A stretch of 64,000 nucleotides of DNA from the human T2T-CHM13v2.0 reference genome, Homo sapiens: assembly GCF_009914755.1 (NCBI RefSeq), contig NC_060947.1. One strand, given 5' to 3'. The position numbers and the translations under genes are program-made. This document shows positions 36,577 through 52,295 of the stretch, piece after piece (within the stretch, counting starts at the first letter, position 1; the number at the start of each line of letters is the position of its first letter). The notes below the pieces were generated by a model. It ran no database searches. It had not been told where the DNA came from and saw only the letters and a program-made list of their open reading frames with translations.

Positions 36577-37867
36577 GTAATGTATCTTTTGATCCTGTTT
36601 TCCTGCTGTAATGCCTTTGAATGACCTCTGTGCAGGTCTTTCAGTTGGATACTGTGTGAATGGTGGGAGAACCCTATTAGCTGATTTTTCCATATATGAG
36701 AAAGCTTATTTTGCCCAAGGTTAGCCTTAAATGGTAGGCTAATGGTCTGTTCTTTAAATGGGTGTAGAAGTGCCTAAAATACAAACTGCCTCAGCTTCTT
36801 AAGACATGATGATTCAGCATGGCCACTCAGGTGTACCTCCCCTTTGTAATGACAGATACAAAGATCCTCCCCCTATCTGCTCCCAGCTGGGCACCAGGAC
36901 CACGAGGAGGAGGGGGTAACCACAAGCTATAACAGGGTGGCCTTCGTTTTATATAACCAGTGATTCAACAACTGATTCCATTTGCCTCGATTATTGATGA
37001 TTTGTAATGCTAATACCCTCTTGCTATTATCAGACCATTTACAAAGTAATATCCTAGGCCGAAGTTTTGTAAGTTCTAGTTTCTTTAATTTTGAGTTTTA
37101 CTTAGTAGAAAAAGTATAGAAGGTGCCAAACAAAGGTTGTACTATAAGGGATTTCAGACCTTTTCAGATAGTGTTAAATGAGTAAATAAAATTTTATTTT
37201 TTAACTGGAACATATAAAACCAAATCATATGCTTCAGCAGCATAAGTTGATCAATTAAGATAAGGAATTTTAGGAGAATGCTTTGTGACTATGTTTTATT
37301 TATTCAGATATTTTCACAGTGTGTCCTAACAAAATTAGTAGCCACATATCTGATTTTTAATATAGTAAGAAAATTGGTGATTAGTTTTAGCATCTAATTA
37401 GTTTCAGACAACTAATTGGCATTCATCATAAAGACAACATTGTATAGACATTTACAGTTTGCACTGATGTTGACGTACTCATCTTCCCAGCCCTTCTCAG
37501 AAAGTTAATGAACATCTGAAATTCATTTTTACTATTCATAGTCTTTACTATTTTGTCATGGATGTGTAGTATTTTATTCAACATACAGTATATATTTAAA
37601 ATTAAGTTTGACACAGTTTATTTTTTAAGATATTATGTTAAATTTCCTTTTTCTCAGAACTTGAAATGAGTTTATACATTACCAAACGGTGCTTCACTGT
37701 ACAAGTTATATTTTTAATAGTTTTCATAAAGTAGACGCATATTCAGAGAATATACATCTGCAATGAGCTGCTCTCTAGTTTGCTTTACATGTTCTCATAA
37801 AGAACTAACCATTCTGATGAAAATATGGAAGCATTATTAATTATCGTTAAGTTTCTTCTCTCCATAG

Positions 37868-38002
37868 GAAATTGACGGGAAGGCTCTGCTCCTACTCACG
37901 AGTGACGTGTTGCTGAAGCACTTGGGGGTGAAGCTGGGAACGGCTGTGAAGCTATGCTACTACATTGACCGACTTAAACAAGGAAAATGCTTTGAAAATT
38001 GA
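37868..38002 (+). CDS. SCML1: SCML1 terminal coding exon, C-terminal half of SAM domain ([29 protein letters not shown]...CFEN*)
   Basis: CCATAG acceptor. [10 protein letters not shown] and KLG motifs of the Scm/Polyhomeotic SAM domain. TGA at 38000-38002. Confidence 0.96.
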
Positions 38003-39595
38003 AAAAATCCTTGTGCAAATTTAGATTGGGCCAACTTCTAGAGGCACCAATGCCTTCTTAGTGTGGAATCATTTTTCTGCCCTTTAGTCGTTTTTGTTTT
38101 GTAGAAAGTATCTCTCAAAATATATTATAGCTAGAATTGTAGAACTATGTTATAGTCCAGTCTACTTCTTTAAAAACCATTTAAACTGCTAGATAGTATT
38201 AGAATAGTCCAATAGAAAATTCATTCTTTATAGGTCTTTAAAAATTACTTTTATTATATTGTTTACAAATATATTTCATGCAAGAAACAGAAAAAAAAAA
38301 AAACCCTTTGATTCTGGTTCATCTCGATACAGAGAACCAAAACAGCTAAGAGAGGTATTATCAGGGTTGACAACTCCTATGATTGAATCTATGGGAATTA
38401 TTCCTCAGAAGAGAATTTAAAGGTGTACCCATATATATCTCTTTCTGGAGTATTTTATCTGTCTGATGTTGCAGTATTCTACAAGTTTCCAGAAAGAGAA
38501 TAGCCATATAAATTATTTTCCTTTCTGCTATTATTTCTCTATATGTTTTATTTATTCAGATTTAGAGTAAAAAATAAGCATATAAACTTTTATTATGTGC
38601 TCTTAACAGTTTTAAGATAAACTATAGGATAGATAGAATGGTTATTTTATGCAAGAAATATTGTACCGCAAGGGTGGTTTGGATGAAGTCTGACTACTTT
38701 TTTTCAAACAAACTATTATATTAAAACTGTCATATTTTGGCTAAGTTTGGACCTATAACTACACTTTCATTGTTTGCATCTCTCTATGAAGATACGTCTG
38801 TCCAAACTTTTAAAAGGCATAACTGTATTTTATGTGTTTATTCTTTATATAGATAGTATTTTATATTTTATTCTCACCCGAAGTATTCACACAATCTTTT
38901 TAAAAAAAATTTGAAATGGCATTTTGTATTGCCACAGAGGTAGGATGAGCCATATATTAGTGAAATGTTTTATTTTGTAAAATATAAATGGATTATTTGC
39001 CATCATTAGTACCTCTCAACTTACTTTTTAGAGGACAAGAAACAATCTGTAGATTGGTTTCCATACAGGGAAGTTCTCCGTCCTATGCAATGTTTCTAAT
39101 TAATTTGCTTAATTCTGAGCCATTAATCCTGCTACACTTTGAATGATACATTAATTCAGACTAATCTTTGGGGGCTTTATTTTGTAAGTTAGAACTTTCA
39201 AGGGAAACATGTTCAACACTATTATTTTGTTATAAATTTATAACTTTGTTATTACATTGTGTAACAAATATAAGGTTTACGAGCTATGAGAATTGGTGCT
39301 ATCACCATTAGCTATTTGCTGTAATGTCAAGAAAATGTTCACCAGATGCAAGAATGTACCTTTTCTTTTTAGAAAGCCAAATGTACTTTAGACATGAATG
39401 CAACTATTTAAAGAATAGCTTCATCAATGTTATTCCTTACATGTCATAAGATTCTTACTTAAACTTGGTCTTCTTTCAAATTGTTTGTATGAAGATGCTG
39501 TACCCACTTGAACAGTCCTCAGGTGTTTACATAAATACTATGTTTTACAGTTTTCATATTTTAAAATATTAATAAAGTTAAATCACAATAGTTCA
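38003..39595 (+). other. SCML1: SCML1 3'UTR with AATAAA at 39571-39576; end approximate
   Basis: AT-rich stretch ending at a canonical hexamer, with GT-rich sequence downstream. Confidence 0.7.
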
Positions 39596-42500
39596 TTGAA
39601 AGCCTCAGATGTGATTTCATTTATCATCACTGTATTACATTAATGTGTGTATTTGTTGTAATGTGTGAACTGAAACAGAGCCACTCTAGTAAGCTTGTGG
39701 CTTTCCATGTCCAAATACTTGAGTTTTAAAACCTGCCCAGATTCTACTGCTAAACAGATGCCTAAGAGCCAAGGGCTGATTTCTTACAGGGGTCTTCAAT
39801 GAGACCCCAGGGGGGCTGTAAGAAGTTCAGTCGATGAGCTGTATCTGTACTCAGAGCCTTTGTTATTTATGATATCATCAGTGATGCGAGAGTGCTAGAA
39901 AATGCCCGTGCCCCGAGATACCTCATCCCATCTGAGCCTGTACGCCTGGCTGGCAACTCCGGCTGCTCTTTTACCACTGGGGGCCAGAGGCCGCCTCCTG
40001 GATGCACCTGCTCTTGGCCCTCTGCCTTCAGATGGCCCAGCTGCCCCGGTGGGATGCCCTTGGAGGACTGGGGTTACAGTTGCATAGCCTCACTTATCCA
40101 ACCCCTACCCCCACACCAGGAGTTGCGGCTCCAGCCGAGGAACCCAGAAACCCTCACTACTCTTGTTCCCCAGCAGCGTGTCCTGTGATTCACTGGAGAC
40201 AATGGGGCCCTGACCGAGGCTCCAGGGGTGATGCTCAGCGACTGGAACAGAGGTGTCAATTTGAGTGATCTGAGACTTGAGTAATTCGTGGCTCCTTTTT
40301 TTCTCCTATCTGGCTTATAAATTTTTAGTCCATAGACTATCATGCCATATTACCCTTCTTGTGAATTTTCCAGACTTGAAATGATCTTCCTCTAGCTTTG
40401 CCTCTCATTCCATCCTTTGATGCTTTGTAGCCTGCAGAATTCTGCATCTTGAGCTCTAAGACCTTCCAGGAACACCTAGCATTTGCTTTGGTCTTTCGTC
40501 TATGTGATTTCTTATTGGTGAAATGTCTTACAGTAAATGTTCTGGAGTGGGACTTCCTAAACTTTTAAACCAAGGCCTCCCTCTGTAGGCATAGAAACAC
40601 CATGCCCTTCTGTAATAGTCAAAAGTAAAAAGTAAATACTGTGAGTAGTGGCAGTGTAATTGGGAGGAAAAGCACTGCTTTTTCAAGCTGCAGAAAGGAT
40701 TGTCCTCGCAGTTGGCTGAGTACATGAAGTAGGTTAAAATTTCTGGGGCTATAGCTGGATGCTGGGGCTTGCTCACAAAGTCTCCTGAGGCTGATCCAGG
40801 CAATGTGGGAGAGCTTTAGGTTTGAGAGGATGTGCAAGCAAGAGCCCACCGTTGAAATACGTGGCGGACAGTCCTTCCTCTCTTCTGGCTGTTTGCCCTA
40901 TTTTGTCAGCAGGTTGATGCCACTAAACCTTAAGAACGACACTCCATAGTTAGCATGTGCTCAAATTGAGCTTGGCCACTCCCCCTGCTCTAACAGAGGC
41001 AACTCTAGTGTTATGGGATCACCTTTCTGCCTTTAGGGATACTATCAGCATTGAGGGGAGATCTTTAAGAAAGAAGGGACCTAGCTCCTCCCCTCGAGCT
41101 GCCTAGAACATAACAGACAAACCAGCGTTCATGAAAAGGAGAACATCAGGGCACTTATGACAGAGCATATGAGTCAGTGCCAAGTGCCCATAAGTGACGT
41201 GTCCTTATGTATCAGTAGTGGTGTGTCCTGTTCTCCTGCCATAGAACTGAAGCACTTAAGCACATGCATTTGTGGAAATAATCCCTCAGGGACAACGGGG
41301 CGGCCAGGGCAGGGTTTTGGCCTTGCCAAGCCCTGTTCCTCCTTTGGCCTCACTCTTCCACCTGGCTTTGGCTAGCCTTGGAGGCCCAAGTCCACTGATG
41401 TCAGGGGCGAGGTGGGTGCACATATTCCACGGGGGCAGAAATCAGTCCATTGGGAGCAGGACACATATCTTACAACTTCCTTTTATATTCATGTAAGACG
41501 AAAAAGATTAAGCTTCTCTGCAGTTAATGTACGGAGTCACTGATGTGTTCTAAAGGGCTGAACATTGTTGGTACTTGCCACCATCCCAGCCCTTCTCGGT
41601 TCCTCCCTGTCCTTAGAGGCATAAAGCCTGGACGCGACACTTGCCACACTCCTTTGCCAGTAGACCTGGATTCTTAGATTCTGCCCCAAGAGACCCTGTG
41701 CCCTGATTTGGGGAGGAGGGGGGTGAGGAGAAGCCGCTTCCTTCTGGTGGCTGCACAGGACAGGCTTTTGAGCATCAGCAGGAGGCAGATGTGGGGTTTG
41801 CCAGCAGCCTCTGGATATCACCTTGAGACTCACCCACTTCAGTCGTGCAGGCAGCTGAGACCACTGGGGGCAGGGGAGCTTCTCTGTGACTCTTGCAGTC
41901 CTGGATTTCTAGAAACTTCCTCAGTCCCTGCCTTAGTCCCTGCCTTCCAGGAGCCATATAAGCTTCTGATTCTGTATTAAACCATTTCCATTCTGAAGAT
42001 TCAGAATGGCTCCTATGTTCCTGACCAGACCTGGACTTGTTTACCTTCTTCGGCATATCTGTCTTGTACAGGCCCACTGTTCAGAAAGAAGAGTAAAACT
42101 TCCATAGAAAGGGCCCTTTATATTATCTAGTTTAAGTAAACTAGTATATTTCATCAAATCTAAGACCTCTTTGATTGTAAGATGCACCACTGTTTAATAG
42201 TAAAGAAAATGCTACACATTAAACTATCACTCACCATTGATTATAAAATGCAAACTGATTTCATAGATGTTAACACGTGAAAAGATGGGTGGCTTAAGAC
42301 ATATAAAATGTTAGCTCTCAGAAGCTGAACAGGCGGTTTTAAAAGCTTAATGCAAACAAATTGCACTAATTGAATTGAAGACTAATACAAATTAAAACAA
42401 AAGCAATCTAATCAGATCTGCCCCAAATTCACAATTACCAAGGAGACTTTGAAATGTGAAATTATATCCATTGTCTTAAGTAAAAAGCCTTACCACAAAT

Positions 42501-43841
42501 GTGTATTTTTTCTTTAGGTATTAACTAGTACTAGGATGAAGCCATCATATTTAGCAAGGCATTTAACGATTTCCTTGCATCCAGCCAAGGAAAAAAGGGG
42601 GAACTTGGAATGATTATAGATTAAGAGAGTCTTAAGAGGCATGTCACCCAAATGCAATGCACAGACCTCGTTTAGATGCTGATTAAAAGAAAACAACAGG
42701 AAAAACGAATACATGAGACAATCCAGGGAAAGGTGAATACCCAGTAGATATTAGATGATACTGAAGAGTTGCTATTAATTTCTAACAATGGTGCTAATTG
42801 GTATTATAATTATATTTTGAAAAGATGGTGCCCCTATCTCTTGGAAGTATCCTATTAAAACTTTGCAGATTAAATGAGATGATATCTGGGATTACTTTGA
42901 AATAATCCAACAGGGAAGGAGATGCAGATGAAACAGGGTTGGCCTTATGTTGGTATTTGTTGTGGCCAGTGATACATACATGGGAATCCATTATATAAAT
43001 CTCTCTACTATCATGTATGTTTGAAATTTTCCATAATAAAAAGTTTATGCAGAACATGAAGACAAATTTCTCTATACTTTTCAGAGGTGTCTGAAGTCGA
43101 GCAACATTCACAACACAGAGGATTTCAGTAAATTAATGATTAATATTTAGACTTCTTGCTTGAGGTTTCTTAGTATTAGCCAAAGACAGCTAAGCCACCT
43201 ACAACTGAGAAGCACCTGTTCTTCCTGTTGTGGTTGAAAAGGAAACAAGTTTGAAGTAATAGATGAAAAACAATACAGGACAAAGGATCAACTCATTCCT
43301 TTGTCAGTAAATAATTGGGAGGCGTGTAGAAAACAGGAAGACTTGAAGACACAAATCCAGATAAATGGCAGGGTGGCAGGTCTGCCATTCTGTTGAATGA
43401 AATGGCAGGTATTTCTGAAACTCATCAGTGTCTGGTGGAATCTGATGCTGCTTTCCTGGAGGAATTGATGGTCAGAAAGGGAAGACCCTCATCCCTTCAC
43501 CCATACTCCTCTACACTCTGCCCTCTCCAAAGGGGCCTCTACCTCTAGGGTATTCTGGGGAATTCCTCCAAGTACAAGGCCTGGTGGTTTCAAAGTTGTT
43601 AGCACTCTCTCAGTTGGTTATTCCAGTTATTACCTCTCTAATTGTGTTTGCTTTTCAGACAAAGGGATTCAGTTCCTTTTTCATTCTTTTTCCCCATATA
43701 CCGTCCTCTTCCATACACCTGAAGAAGCCCCTCATGACTCATATTTGCCAATATACACCGTTCTCCATGTTGGGAAGTCTCTCTCTCCCAGGAGAGTCCA
43801 CCTAGGTCAACATCACCATGAACATCACTATGAAGTCACTA

Positions 43842-44139
<298 letters not shown>

Positions 44140-46426
44140 TCATGATCCGAAGTAGATGTCCTTCTGCCGGATGGTAATTTGGGGACCCAGGCTCCTTCTG
44201 TCTGTGGCTCCACCATCCCTAGGGCCTTGGGGTCCTTGGACTCCTGGTGGCAGGGCACACATCACTTCTGTTCCCATTCCATGGGCTGGACCTCAGTCAC
44301 ATGGCCACACCTCACTGTAACAGTGGCCAGGAAAAGTCTGTGTACCCAGGAAGACGAGGAAATGGGTCTTTGGTAACTAGCCAGCAGTCTCCACTATACA
44401 TCACGTTCCTAACATCAGAACATCACCTGTTCATCCCTCTTGTAAGTTTGTCAGTTTCTCTGTGGCACCCCTCTAACCCCAGGACACTCACACACCTGGC
44501 TCCCCTTAGCCTCCTTCCCTGATATATTCTCTTTATGTCACTTAAACTTATGGCTGCTTAGATTATTGTTCCCAGCAATCAACTCTTCCCTGCAAAGAAT
44601 ATTTCTTCCCATCCATTGCCATGGAATTTGCAGTTTCTCCCTGAAGGCAAACTCTGTTGCCCAGCCCATTGTTGCACTTGGCCCTGAACCCTGCTTTGGC
44701 ATTCAGGAGGTACACAAGTGAACTGAAGAGCACCACATCAAGCAGAAGCCTTCCCATGGGAGAGATCATCTGTCACATGCTTCTCCCTTGGCTGTGAGCA
44801 CAGCATTGGCCAGACAGGGCTGCCCCTTCAGACTGGGTTCTGGAGCAAGCAAGAAGGCCTGCTGGGGCTGGGCCAAGGTCATCCTGTGGCCTCCTTCATA
44901 TTATGTGAGCAAGAAGTAGTGTCTACAGTTGTAACTTACCGGGATTTGGGGATTCATTACCACAGCTCAAAAATGTGGTGAGATGTAACTGATACATTTC
45001 CTGCCACGGTTCATTCATTCATTCACTTGTTTATTTATTTGCATATTGGATGTCTTTCCCCACTAGAATGAACTCTTCATGAGGGCAGTGAGTTTCACCA
45101 GCTTTGATTCTGGCCATCAGGAATCAATTACTTGTTGATAGAATCGTAATCCTGGGAATCAGATTGAGGCTATTTTTAAGTAGCAAACACATACAGAGCC
45201 ATTCCACAAGTGTCAGTGAATGACTGACATAAGGTGCCATTTGGCCTTTGGATTATTTTCTGGTTGGTTTCACTTCTGTGTTTTACATACAGCCAGTCAA
45301 GCACTGAAACTATAGGAAGAAAGAGGGAATTATTGGAAGACAGTGTGGCTCTGAAGAGAATTAAAAACTGGTTTAACATGACATCTTACTAGCAGCCATT
45401 GAGTCACTGACTCTCGACTTCTCACTAAATACCTTTCAGAAAATGAAAATGACCAGAACACAGGGTACCCCTGAAAATTAGAAGGGCAGCCAAGCTTTTG
45501 CCCATCTGGGAAATATTTCTACAACTCTCAGACCCTTGAAGCTGGATTGAGAAAATACATACATCATCAATTCTAAGATGTTCTTTTTTTCTCAGGCATG
45601 AACATGTCTGACATCTGGATGGGTTTTACAATCCACAGCGTCTTCAGATGCCATGTAGTATGGTCATTTGGGGCATGGCCATGCTGCACCCCTTGCGTTG
45701 TTCCTTCAGGTTATGTCAATTACCAAAACACCCAGCAAACCCTAGCCAAGGAGGTGGCTGCAACTCCTGGAGCTGGGGCGTGGGTAGCACATGTGGACCC
45801 CACAGGCACAGCACTGCAGGTGGAAGCTGAAACAGAAGAGCCCTGATGGGAGCACACACTGCCAAGTGGAGTTTTCAAACCCCGTGTCAAAGAACCAGGA
45901 AGTCAGGGAGGAAAATGCCCCATAAAGCACTGCAGACTGGCAGGCAGCTGGGCATGAGAGAGTGCACAGCACAGGCACCATCCCCAGCCTCAGGATGCTC
46001 ACAGTCTATCTGGGAAGACAGCATGAAACATACAAACACCTACGTAACTCATGAGTGTGCAAAATGCGGCAGGTGGCGTAGCCATGAGAGATCCACCAGG
46101 CAGCCTCTACCTGGCTGAGAAGATTGTACAGGGCTTGTGGAGAAAGCATCGTTTCCACCAAGACCTGAAGGATGATGGGCAGGGGTCAAGGGAGGTGTGT
46201 GTTGAAGGCCAAAGACCCTGAGCAGGAGTGAGCTTCTGTCAAGACACACCTGTCCCTCTTCCAGTAGGTCTGTGGCTTTCTTTTCAAGACGTCCTCAGTA
46301 CATCTGGTGATCATTTGATTGAAAACCTTTATCTTTTCCCCAGGATAAACCAATTGTTCCTACACTTTTCCCAATGGTTAAATTCATCACCTTTATCACA
46401 CATTAAATCCTTATAAAATGTTTTAA

Positions 46427-47420
<994 letters not shown>

Positions 47421-47539
47421 GCAGGTCAACTTGTGGGCTGATACCACACATGAAAAATGTTGAGCTTTGCCAGTGATTAAAGAAACACGAAGTAAAACGG
47501 GGTGTGTGTGATTCTTCACCTTTTATAAATTTAGCAAAG

Positions 47540-47850
47540 TCATGGAGGCCATAATCCTAAGAGAATTAGTGCAGGAACAGAAAACCAAATACTGCATGTT
47601 CTCACTTGTAAGTGGGAGCTAAACACTGGGTACTGATGGACATAAAGATGGCAGCAATAAAAAAGTGGGGACTACTAGATGGGGGAGGGAGGGAAGAGAG
47701 CAAAGGCTGAAACACTCACTGTTGGGTGCTATGCTCACCACCTGGGTGACGGGATCATTTGTACCCCAAGCCTCAGCGTCACACAATATACCCAGGTAAC
47801 AAACCTGCGCATGCACTCCCTGAATCTAAAAGAAAAGTTGAAACAAAATT
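47540..47850 (+). mobile_element. L1P 3' end fragment
   Basis: GGAACAGAAAACCAAATACTGCATGTTCTCACTTGTAAGTGGGAGCTAAAC...GTAACAAACCTGCGCATG...AATCTAAAA. Confidence 0.88.
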
Positions 47851-48689
47851 TAGCAAAGGTCAAAGCAATGTCAAATACTCATGCTAACGGTACGTGAATT
47901 TGGTGTAACATGTCCAGAAGGCAGTTAGGCGTCACAGAAAAAGCCTGAAAAAGGCACACACCTATTGATTTAGTAATTTCTCTACTTCCAATGTATCCTG
48001 CAGAAGTAACCACGTGCTCAAAGAGTAAGGTATTAGCAAGCCTGTTCATCACAATATTGTTAGCAATGACAAAGGGCTCATAAACAAGTCCACAATAGGG
48101 GAACTGTTGAAATTATGTTATACTCATTCAATGGGACACATTTGCAGTCATGAAAAATTATACAGGGGAAAGTCATTTATTCACATGGAAAAATACACGA
48201 TATGTTGATCAAAGCAGGTCACAGGCAAATTTGTACCATTCCTTCTCCAGGGGATTCCATTGTGTGTTTATGCCCAGATATCTTTATGCGTCTAGAAGAC
48301 ATTTGGAAGATACACATAAACCCGTTTATAGTGGGTGTGGAGGGACAGGTGGGATTCTGGCCATGTTCTCTTTGTTTTGCTTATCTTCACTCTCTGATTT
48401 CTCTGCAGTGCATTGCTGTTATAATAATTGTTCAATTTCGAGAACACAGGCTATATCATGTCCAAATCACTGTGGAACACAAAAGGCAATAAAACATTGC
48501 CATTTAGCAGGCAGTAGAAACAGTCAAAACATAAGGAAAAAACATAATGTATGTCAGAAGACCAACTTAATGTAATGACATCATATAGAAATAGATTAAA
48601 AGTCCACGTTAAAAAGATTCCAGGATTGAAACAATCATATGCTTTTGCCTAACTTGTCATTTACCTTAAACATTAGAATAAAGGGTCGA

Positions 48690-48795
48690 GCTGGGCTTGG
48701 TAGTGCTTGCTGTTGTCCCAATTACCTGGCAGGCTGAGGCGGGAGGGTTGCTTAAGCCCAAGAGTTCAAGACCAGCCTGGGCAACATAGAGAGAC
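48690..48795 (+). mobile_element. Alu monomer (FLAM-like) fragment
   Basis: GCTGGGCTTGGTAG...GGCTGAGGCGGGAGG...GAGTTCAAGACCAGCCTGGGCAACATAG. Confidence 0.75.
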
Positions 48796-50079
48796 CTATA
48801 CATAAAGGACTGGATAGACCTATACATAAAGGACTGGACAGAAACTGATCAGCAAGCAAACAGAAAGTGTCACCGTAATAATACTGATCCAGGTGAGGGA
48901 GAATTAGAGGCAAAAACAGTCAATGCATCAGGACTGGCTATCTGGTAAGAGGTTCAAGTACAGATCATGAATGTGTGTATGATCAATTACACGTAATCAA
49001 AAGTAGAAAGCAGAACCAGATGGACCTCATGGATAATTTAATAGGAAGGCAACAGGAATGAAAGACTTTGTTCTCAGCCTTTGACAGATGTACACAAAAT
49101 TAAATGGCAGATATTGATATCATTGTAAAGGCATTATTAATAAACATCAAATTCAAAACGGGAGCACAGCCTTTTCAGGATTCCATAGAATGTTCAAAAA
49201 ATTGAGTACCTACTACGCTACCAAGAACCCTCTGAATGTCAGAAAGCGCAGTACAGGCTATGGTCTGCGGCAGAAAGTTGGAAGTTAATGAGACCCTCTG
49301 AGGCACTAACAACAAAATCAACAATCACCACCACCACCTTTCTAGGCAAAGCTTCTTTCCTGAACTTTCTTCTTGTGTTCCTGGCCCGTGTATCCAACCG
49401 TCAGCTAATGTCTCCACCTCCAAGCCACAGCCATCTCCTGTTCATCATCCCTGAGTCTTTTTCCATCCTCTTTTTTACCACTCTACCCCTCTCCAGTCCC
49501 GCCTGTGTCAACAGTACCCTCAGGGAGGAGTCATGAGTGTGGGTTTGGCATCTGCTACTGCCTGTGCACCCCCAAATCATTCCTAGGGACACCTGCCTGA
49601 GCCCCAGCCATCTGTATTTGCCCTCCCACTTCCTCAATGTCCTTGGGCACTAAAACTCCCCTGGAGGAGCAGGGGTGGGGAGGAATAGAAAGCAAGGAGT
49701 GGTGAAATGGCCACCTCCTGCGTCCTTTAGTTCTTATTGCAGTAGTTAGGATGGCATTTGGGTACTTCAATAGAGACAGCCTGAGCCCCCAGAGCTTCCC
49801 AATGGTAGAAACTGATTTCTCTTTTCTCTTCACATTGGCGGTCTGAAGGTGCTCCCACATCAGGGATCCATGCCCCTACCATCTTGTTGTTTTCTTTTCC
49901 TCAGCATGTGGCTTCCATCTCGTGGGCTGACATGGTTGCCATAACTCCTGCTGTCACATCCACATCCCCACTTGGCCACTCCTGGCCTCTGGAAAGTCTT
50001 GTGCCAACATGGCCACATGCCCAGCCCAGTCCTTATGCCTTCCTGTGCCCATGCCTCACACGATATCATACTTTCCCAT

Positions 50080-52295
50080 CTCTTTCTGTCTAAGAGTGAT
50101 CCATACACACCCATGATCTGATCTATCCCTGCCGATTCCTTTCTTTCTTATTGTGTTCCACACCCACACATGATCTGGCCTACACTCCTCCTTCTGCCTT
50201 GCTGTGTTCCATATCCACACATGGTCTCGATCTGCTCATCTCTTTCCGTCTTTCTGTGATCCACACCTACATATGGCATAATCCCAGCCCATCTTACTGT
50301 CTTACACTAATATATGCCCACCCATGTACTGCTCCCTGCCTGGCACTTCCTGTTTTTCTATCTATCATCCCACATGTGACCTGGGCCTTGCCCCACACAT
50401 TTCTTTCCTGCTGCGATCCATCCACACACACAGTCTGGTCTATCCCTGCCCATTTCTTTCTTTTTCTAGCGAACCATACCCACACATAATCTGGCCCTGC
50501 CCATCTATTTCTGTCTAACCATGATTCCTACTCACATATGATCTGGCTCTGCCCATCTCTTTCTGTTTTCCTGTGATACAAATCTATATATTATCTCTGA
50601 CCGCGATTTTTGTCTTAGTGCAATCCACACCCAATCGTGAATTTATCCCTACCCATCTCTTTTGGTCTAAATGTGATCTATCCATGCATATGATTTGGTC
50701 TCAGCTTACACATGCATTTCGGTCTTCCTGTGGTCCACACCAACACATGGTGTAATCCTTGCCCATCTCTTTTTTTCTTAATATGATCCATACCCAGGCA
50801 CTACTGTGTCTCTGCTCTTCTATTTCCATCTTTCCCACACATGATTTGATCTCTGCTACTTTCTCTCTTGCTTCCTGTTTTCTGTACCCACATAAGGTCT
50901 GTTCCTACTGTTCCCCTTCTAAATGTGATCCACATCAACACATAGCCCTGCTCAGCTCTGTTTCTGGCTTCCTGTGATCCATGCCTGCACGTGATCTGGA
51001 CATGCAGATCTTTCTTTCTTCCTGTGTTGCATACCCACACAGGATCTGTCATTGCCCTTCACTTTCTGTCTTCCTGTTCCCCGTACCCATACAGGATCTG
51101 GCTCTGTCCATCTCCTACTGTCTTCCTGAGATTCACAGCAAGACACGATCTGGCTCTGCCCATCTCTTTCTTTCTGTCTTTCTGTATTCCATATCTACAC
51201 AAGATCTGTCATTTCCTCTCCGTTACTGTGATCCTGTGCTCCAAAACCACACATGATCTGGCTGTGCCCATCTCTTTCTGTGCTCCTGAGAACTATACCC
51301 ACATATAATCTGGCTCCATCCTTCCCTTCTGTCTTCCTGAGACCAACACCCACACATGGTTTTGTGCTGCCCATGTCTTACTGTATTCCTGAGGATCACA
51401 CCCACATAGGATCTGGCTCTGGCCACCTCTTTGTCTTTCTAAGATTCACACCCACAAATGATGTGGCTCTGGCCATCTCTTGCTGTCTCCCTGAGATCCA
51501 CATGCACACATGATCTGGCTCTGCCCATCCCCTTTTGTCTTCCTGTGATTCAGACAAACCCACTATGTGTCTCTGCCCGTCTTTTCCTGTGTTCCTGGAT
51601 ACATACCCAGAAATGATCTGGTTCTTCCCAACTCTTTCTTTCTGTGTTCCATACACGTGCATGATCTGTCATTGCTTGTCATGTACTGTTTTCCCGTGAT
51701 ACATGATCTGTCATTGCCCTTCACTCACTGTCCCCCGATCCATACACACATGATCTGGCACTGCCCATCTCTTTCTGTCTTTGTGATATTCATGCAAAAA
51801 CATGATTTGGCTCTGTTCATCTCTTTCTTTTTTTTTTTTTGCTGAGATCCATACCCACATGTGGTCTGTCCATTCCAACTATTGCTGTCTTCCTTAGATC
51901 CATACCGGCACATGATATGGCTCTGTCCATCCCTTTTTGTTTTCCTGTGATTCATGCCACACATGATCTCACTCTGCTCATCTCCTACTGTATTCCTGAG
52001 ATTCATAGCTACATATGATCTGGCTCTGTTCATCTCTTACTGTCTTCCTGTGATCTATACCCACACATGATCTGCCTCTGCACATCTCTTACTATCTTTC
52101 TGTGTGGGATACTCACATATGATCTGTCATTTCCTACCAGTTACTGTTTTCCTGTCCTCTATACCCACATATGATCTATCTCTGCCTATCTCTTTGTCTT
52201 CCTAATATTCATATCCACACATGATCTGCCTGTGCTCATCAGTTTTTGTCTTCCTGTGATCCATACCCACACATTGTTTTATCTGCCCATTTCTT
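50080..52295 (+). repeat. 52-bp tandem array, left (more diverged) arm, ~40 units
   Basis: Recurrent CCCACACATGATCTGGCTCTGCCCATCTCTT(T/A)CTGTCTTCCTG(T/A)GATCCATA. The left boundary fades gradually. Confidence 0.9.
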
